A DNA stretch of 63,097 bases, filler included, from Collodictyon triciliatum (Eukaryota), in NCBI GenBank assembly GCA_043381765.1. It is 6 parts of 5 records of this genome, joined end to end, with 100 filler letters (N's around TTAATTAATTAA, not from the genome) between each part and the next. Parts side by side here need not be neighbours in the genome. Positions count along the whole stretch, not along the records: positions 49,539 to 63,097 come from JBHJMP010000260.1; 5 more parts are not named here. The stretch is one strand, 5' to 3'. Within the stretch, counting starts at the first letter, position 1. Every line of letters starts with the position of its first letter. The notes under the pieces are model-generated. The model was not told the DNA's origin. It made no database searches and saw only the letters and a program-made list of their open reading frames with translations. The position numbers and the translations under genes are program-made. Shown here one piece after another: positions 54,073-63,097 of the stretch.

Positions 54073-57000
54073 GTTATCATGATTATTTTTCGGCAATTAT
54101 GCAAGACGGTATTGAATTTTTTCATAGTTTACACACATAAGTGTGTTGGTGGATTTCTCAAGTTTCGAATAATGGAAGGTATATTCAATCTGAAGCGGAA
54201 TATTTACCGTTGTTACGGATCCAACTAGCGCGCACAAAAAGTATGCACCAACTTCGGGATTTCCTGGCGATGGAAGGCTCGACCCCGAGGGGTTGATAGA
54301 AGGGCACAGAAAGGACAAACGGAACACGACGACGGGCCAGATGAGACTAATTTTTATTAAAAGTTCAGCTAACTATAAAACACTCAATTTATGCTATTGC
54401 GACAGAAATTCAAATTAATTGCTGAAAAATACTGTTCCGCATTATATTTTTTTCAATAATGATATCTAGCTACCCGTAGACATAATGGCATTTAACCCAA
54501 AATTCAAGTGGCTTCATGGATGACAAAAAAACAAAGACGAGACCCAACAACGAAAACCCGATTAGTGAACCCCAATTAATAGTGTCCATATGGTCTATCT
54601 GTTAACACGTGATTGAAATGATAAAATGTTAATCTAGCGGTTCGGATTTAAGCAAATCGAAATATCATATGTGTATGAAATGAGTTGTATGCATCTGATA
54701 AGTGATAAAACAACTGTACGTCAATCACTCCATTTTCGTCAGAATATTTTGTGTAGCAATCGTCGTGTAAGCATGACTCACAAGTGTTCTTTAACGACTC
54801 AAACATTAAGGACGAAAAAATCATGATTACATTCCCCTAAAGCCAAGGAAGGTATTGTTTGTAAATAACGAAATCAATCTATTCATCACTACTAGAATTC
54901 GAGCATGACGATGTATACCTGTACAAATCCACCGACACAATCACTCGGATAATGGACGCCAAAGTAGATCTAGATTATATTTGGAGGAGAGTGAGTGAAT
55001 AAGAGCTTAAAATAAAAATGAGAAGTATATTGATCAACCGATTAGAATGTGGAAGTGTTTTTCTGTTCTCTTATTTTCAGAATTCTTCAAAATCATGGAA
55101 TCATGAACGGGACAAGGAAGTATACATATATATAACGAACAACTATCATGCTTGTGAAAGACAAACCACCAACCAAACAATTCAAAAAAAATCCATTCAA
55201 AGTATTCATATAAATAAGAAAAAAGAAATACCCTGGAAAAGGATGCTGATAGAGGCAGTCCAATGTAAAGAAACGGCATCCACCATTCAATATCATATGC
55301 TGGATTTGAGTGCGACAAATTGTATCCAACACATATGGCCATAGCAAAAACAGTTCCGCCTGTCACTGCTCGTGATGGAAATGAAGATGTCTTGTCCTTG
55401 CCGATCTGAAATTGTAAATCATGGTCGCATATTGTGATATAATCTCTTTTGACCACCTCAAACTCGTAAAATTGTAATGTGATTTTTTTTTCAACAGGCT
55501 AGATGAACAAAATAGACTCCAGTATTATAAGATATACTAACTCGATATTGACATTGCGAGAAGGAAAGGATAAATATACTAAAAACGTGTCAAAACCTGA
55601 ACAGCACGACGGACAACATAAGGCCTGTATCGCCACAAAAACCTCTTTGGTAGCTGCGATACCAAAGAACAAACGAGTGCACAAATCATCATGTACGACG
55701 CAAACTCATCCTGGTTCAACATGAAGAGGATAAAGGGGGCGATGACGATGGACTCAATCGCGGTAAAAACTAAATGTTGATGAAATTATTGTAGGTGATG
55801 GCTGTTTCAAAAAGGGGTACTGGGCTATGAGGCTAAAACTGTTGCAATTTAAAAGTTAAACCCCTTAAATATCCTATGCCATATCATATGCAGTGTACTT
55901 TCAAGTGGATTTGATAGAGATAGCGTACGTGTGACCAGCTTGCTGAAAATTAATGAAACTTTATTTTGATTGGATTGCACAAATTTGATGATGGGGTCGT
56001 CAAAGGCTCTCCAGCGATTTTCGAGACTTTGAGGGAACAAATGGACATCTGCCAAAAAAACAATAATCATGATATTCAAAATGTGTTGGTTTCGCTCTGG
56101 CCAAAACGTCTTATGCACTTGTGGGAGATACGTGCTGTCCCATTTAATGAAATCGTGATGTTATAAAACAGGGAATAAATTGTGGATTATAGGATAAGTA
56201 TATGCATCATAGGAATAGGAGAAAACTACAAAGTGTAAAAGGACTTTTCAGAGTCTTTGCAAAAAATTAAATACACATGGGTATATTCTGTTTCAGTATT
56301 GATTCAGTATGATTGATTTTGATAATACGATATCTAAAGAATATGAATGATATGGCATGTGAAGAATCACACCATCGTCGTCATTCAGGTATGGGAACGC
56401 GATAAAACTTAATAAAAATCAAGTTTAGGTATTCCTAGCAATCATAAATTACAGCTGAATTACATGGCATCCCAGGGCCTTCTCCTTGATGTAATCCGGA
56501 CGTCCGTGCATTCTCTATCTCAAGGAACTGTTCTGTTTGATTTTTTTGTAACAACAATGAAAATCAAAATAACAATAATAACAATAGTTATAAAATGAAA
56601 AAAGCATAGTGGTGATCTTGAGGTGTAATGAGGTGGTAGGAAAAAGGATTTAAGCACGTTGGAAGAACATGAAGAAGAAAAAGAAAACAAAAAGAATGAA
56701 GAAAAAGAAACAAAAAGAAAACAAAAAGAAAACAAAAGGAAGGAAAAGGCAAAGAAAGGAAAAAGAAAAAGAAAAAGAAAGGAAAAAGAAAAGAAAAGAA
56801 AAGAAAAAGAAAAAGAAAAAGAAAAAGAAAAAGAAAAAGAAAAAGAAAGGAAAAAGAAAAAGAAAAAGAAAGGAAAAAGAAAAGAAAGGAAAAAGAAAAG
56901 AAAGGAAAAAGAAAAGAAAGGAAAAAGAAAAGGAAAAGGAAAAGGAAAAGGAAAGGAAAAGGAAAGAGAAAAGGAAAGGAAAAGAAAAGGAAAATAAAAA

Positions 57001-57088
57001 GAAAAGAAAAGGAGTAATAGAAACCCAAATAAAAGGGATGATTAAAATAAGATAAAAAGAGGAACATACCCACTCGATCGGACTCCAT
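53915..57088 (-). CDS. PAP2-superfamily membrane phosphatase-like protein with altered C2 motif; 5' exons uncertain
   Basis: C1 KRFLWRYRP, C2 SSFPSRAV (canonical PSGH) and C3 SR|IYFGVHYPSD, followed by further TM exons to a stop at 53915. Confidence 0.85.
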
Positions 57089-57723
57089 GGCGTGCTTCCC
57101 AGGCTAAACCGAAAAATCTGAAGATTAAACCTTGGGATGAGTATATTTTTATCACACAAAGACCGCGCAAGCCGGTGGGGCTTCGGCTTTGGTTTTCTAG
57201 CTTTCATTCGCATAAACACAACTTGACGACCGTGTGTCAGATAAATAGGCGACCATCAGGAATTGTATCCTGCGTTTGGCCTGTAGCCTGGGTCTTGTGC
57301 TTGCGTGAGAGAGACAAGGCGAGGTTTATTCTCTTTCCCGTCCCTATCCGCACGTCTCTCCTCATAGTCTGAGTAATGGAGAACATGAAAAGTGGCAAAG
57401 GAAGCTGTTAAGGAAAGAGATTTGTATGATGCCATTCAATCTATTCTCCGTAATGCAATGTTGGTTGTTAAAAGCCACTAAGCGTGAGTAAATGTGTGCT
57501 ATCTACATAGCCCACAGCAAACGGCCTCGCATCACTTCCCAATACCCGAGGTGTGGTGTATTGCTACATTCCCAATCCGCCATTGATTACCCTCTTTTTG
57601 TTTTTTGTTTTTTTAAAAAAAGAAATGCATTTATTATCCTTCATGTCAGTAAGGCTCACTTTCATTTTATTTTTATTTTGTAGAGTTTGCCCTTCCTTTT
57701 CATCGGCGGGTATACCTCGCCAG

Positions 57724-62951
<5,228 letters not shown>

Positions 62952-63000
62952 CTAAAATTTAGTCAGTTTCGCTTGATGAAATTGCTGTTCACTAGATCAA

Positions 63001-63097
<97 letters not shown>

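Overview
Eukaryotic DNA, probably from a flagellated protist. The window is six scaffolds concatenated with artificial 100-nt spacers (N44-TTAATTAATTAA-N44) at 5572-5671, 14764-14863, 24071-24170, 42304-42403 and 49439-49538, so neighbours across spacers are not real. It is gene-dense and intron-rich, and many introns are filled by microsatellites, which account for most low-complexity ORFs in the track. Manual splicing recovers about 18 genes: a TTLL3-type tubulin glycylase, a divergent calmodulin/light-chain-like protein, a ~2000-aa coiled-coil/acidic protein, a PEX26/APEM9-like tail-anchored protein, B9D2, DUF1294, CSN5, an EI24/UsgS-like membrane protein, an FBXO9-like F-box protein, a secreted cyanophycinase-like S51 peptidase, an intronless LRR protein, an EEF2KMT-like methyltransferase, a TSNAXIP1-like protein, a variant PAP2 phosphatase, an LRR-TRP/polycystin-SPRY-like channel and several hypotheticals. 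The most notable items are the hybrid LRR-TRP/polycystin channel, the intron-containing secreted cyanophycinase, and unusually relaxed splice signals. All family calls come from motif recognition by eye; no database search was run.
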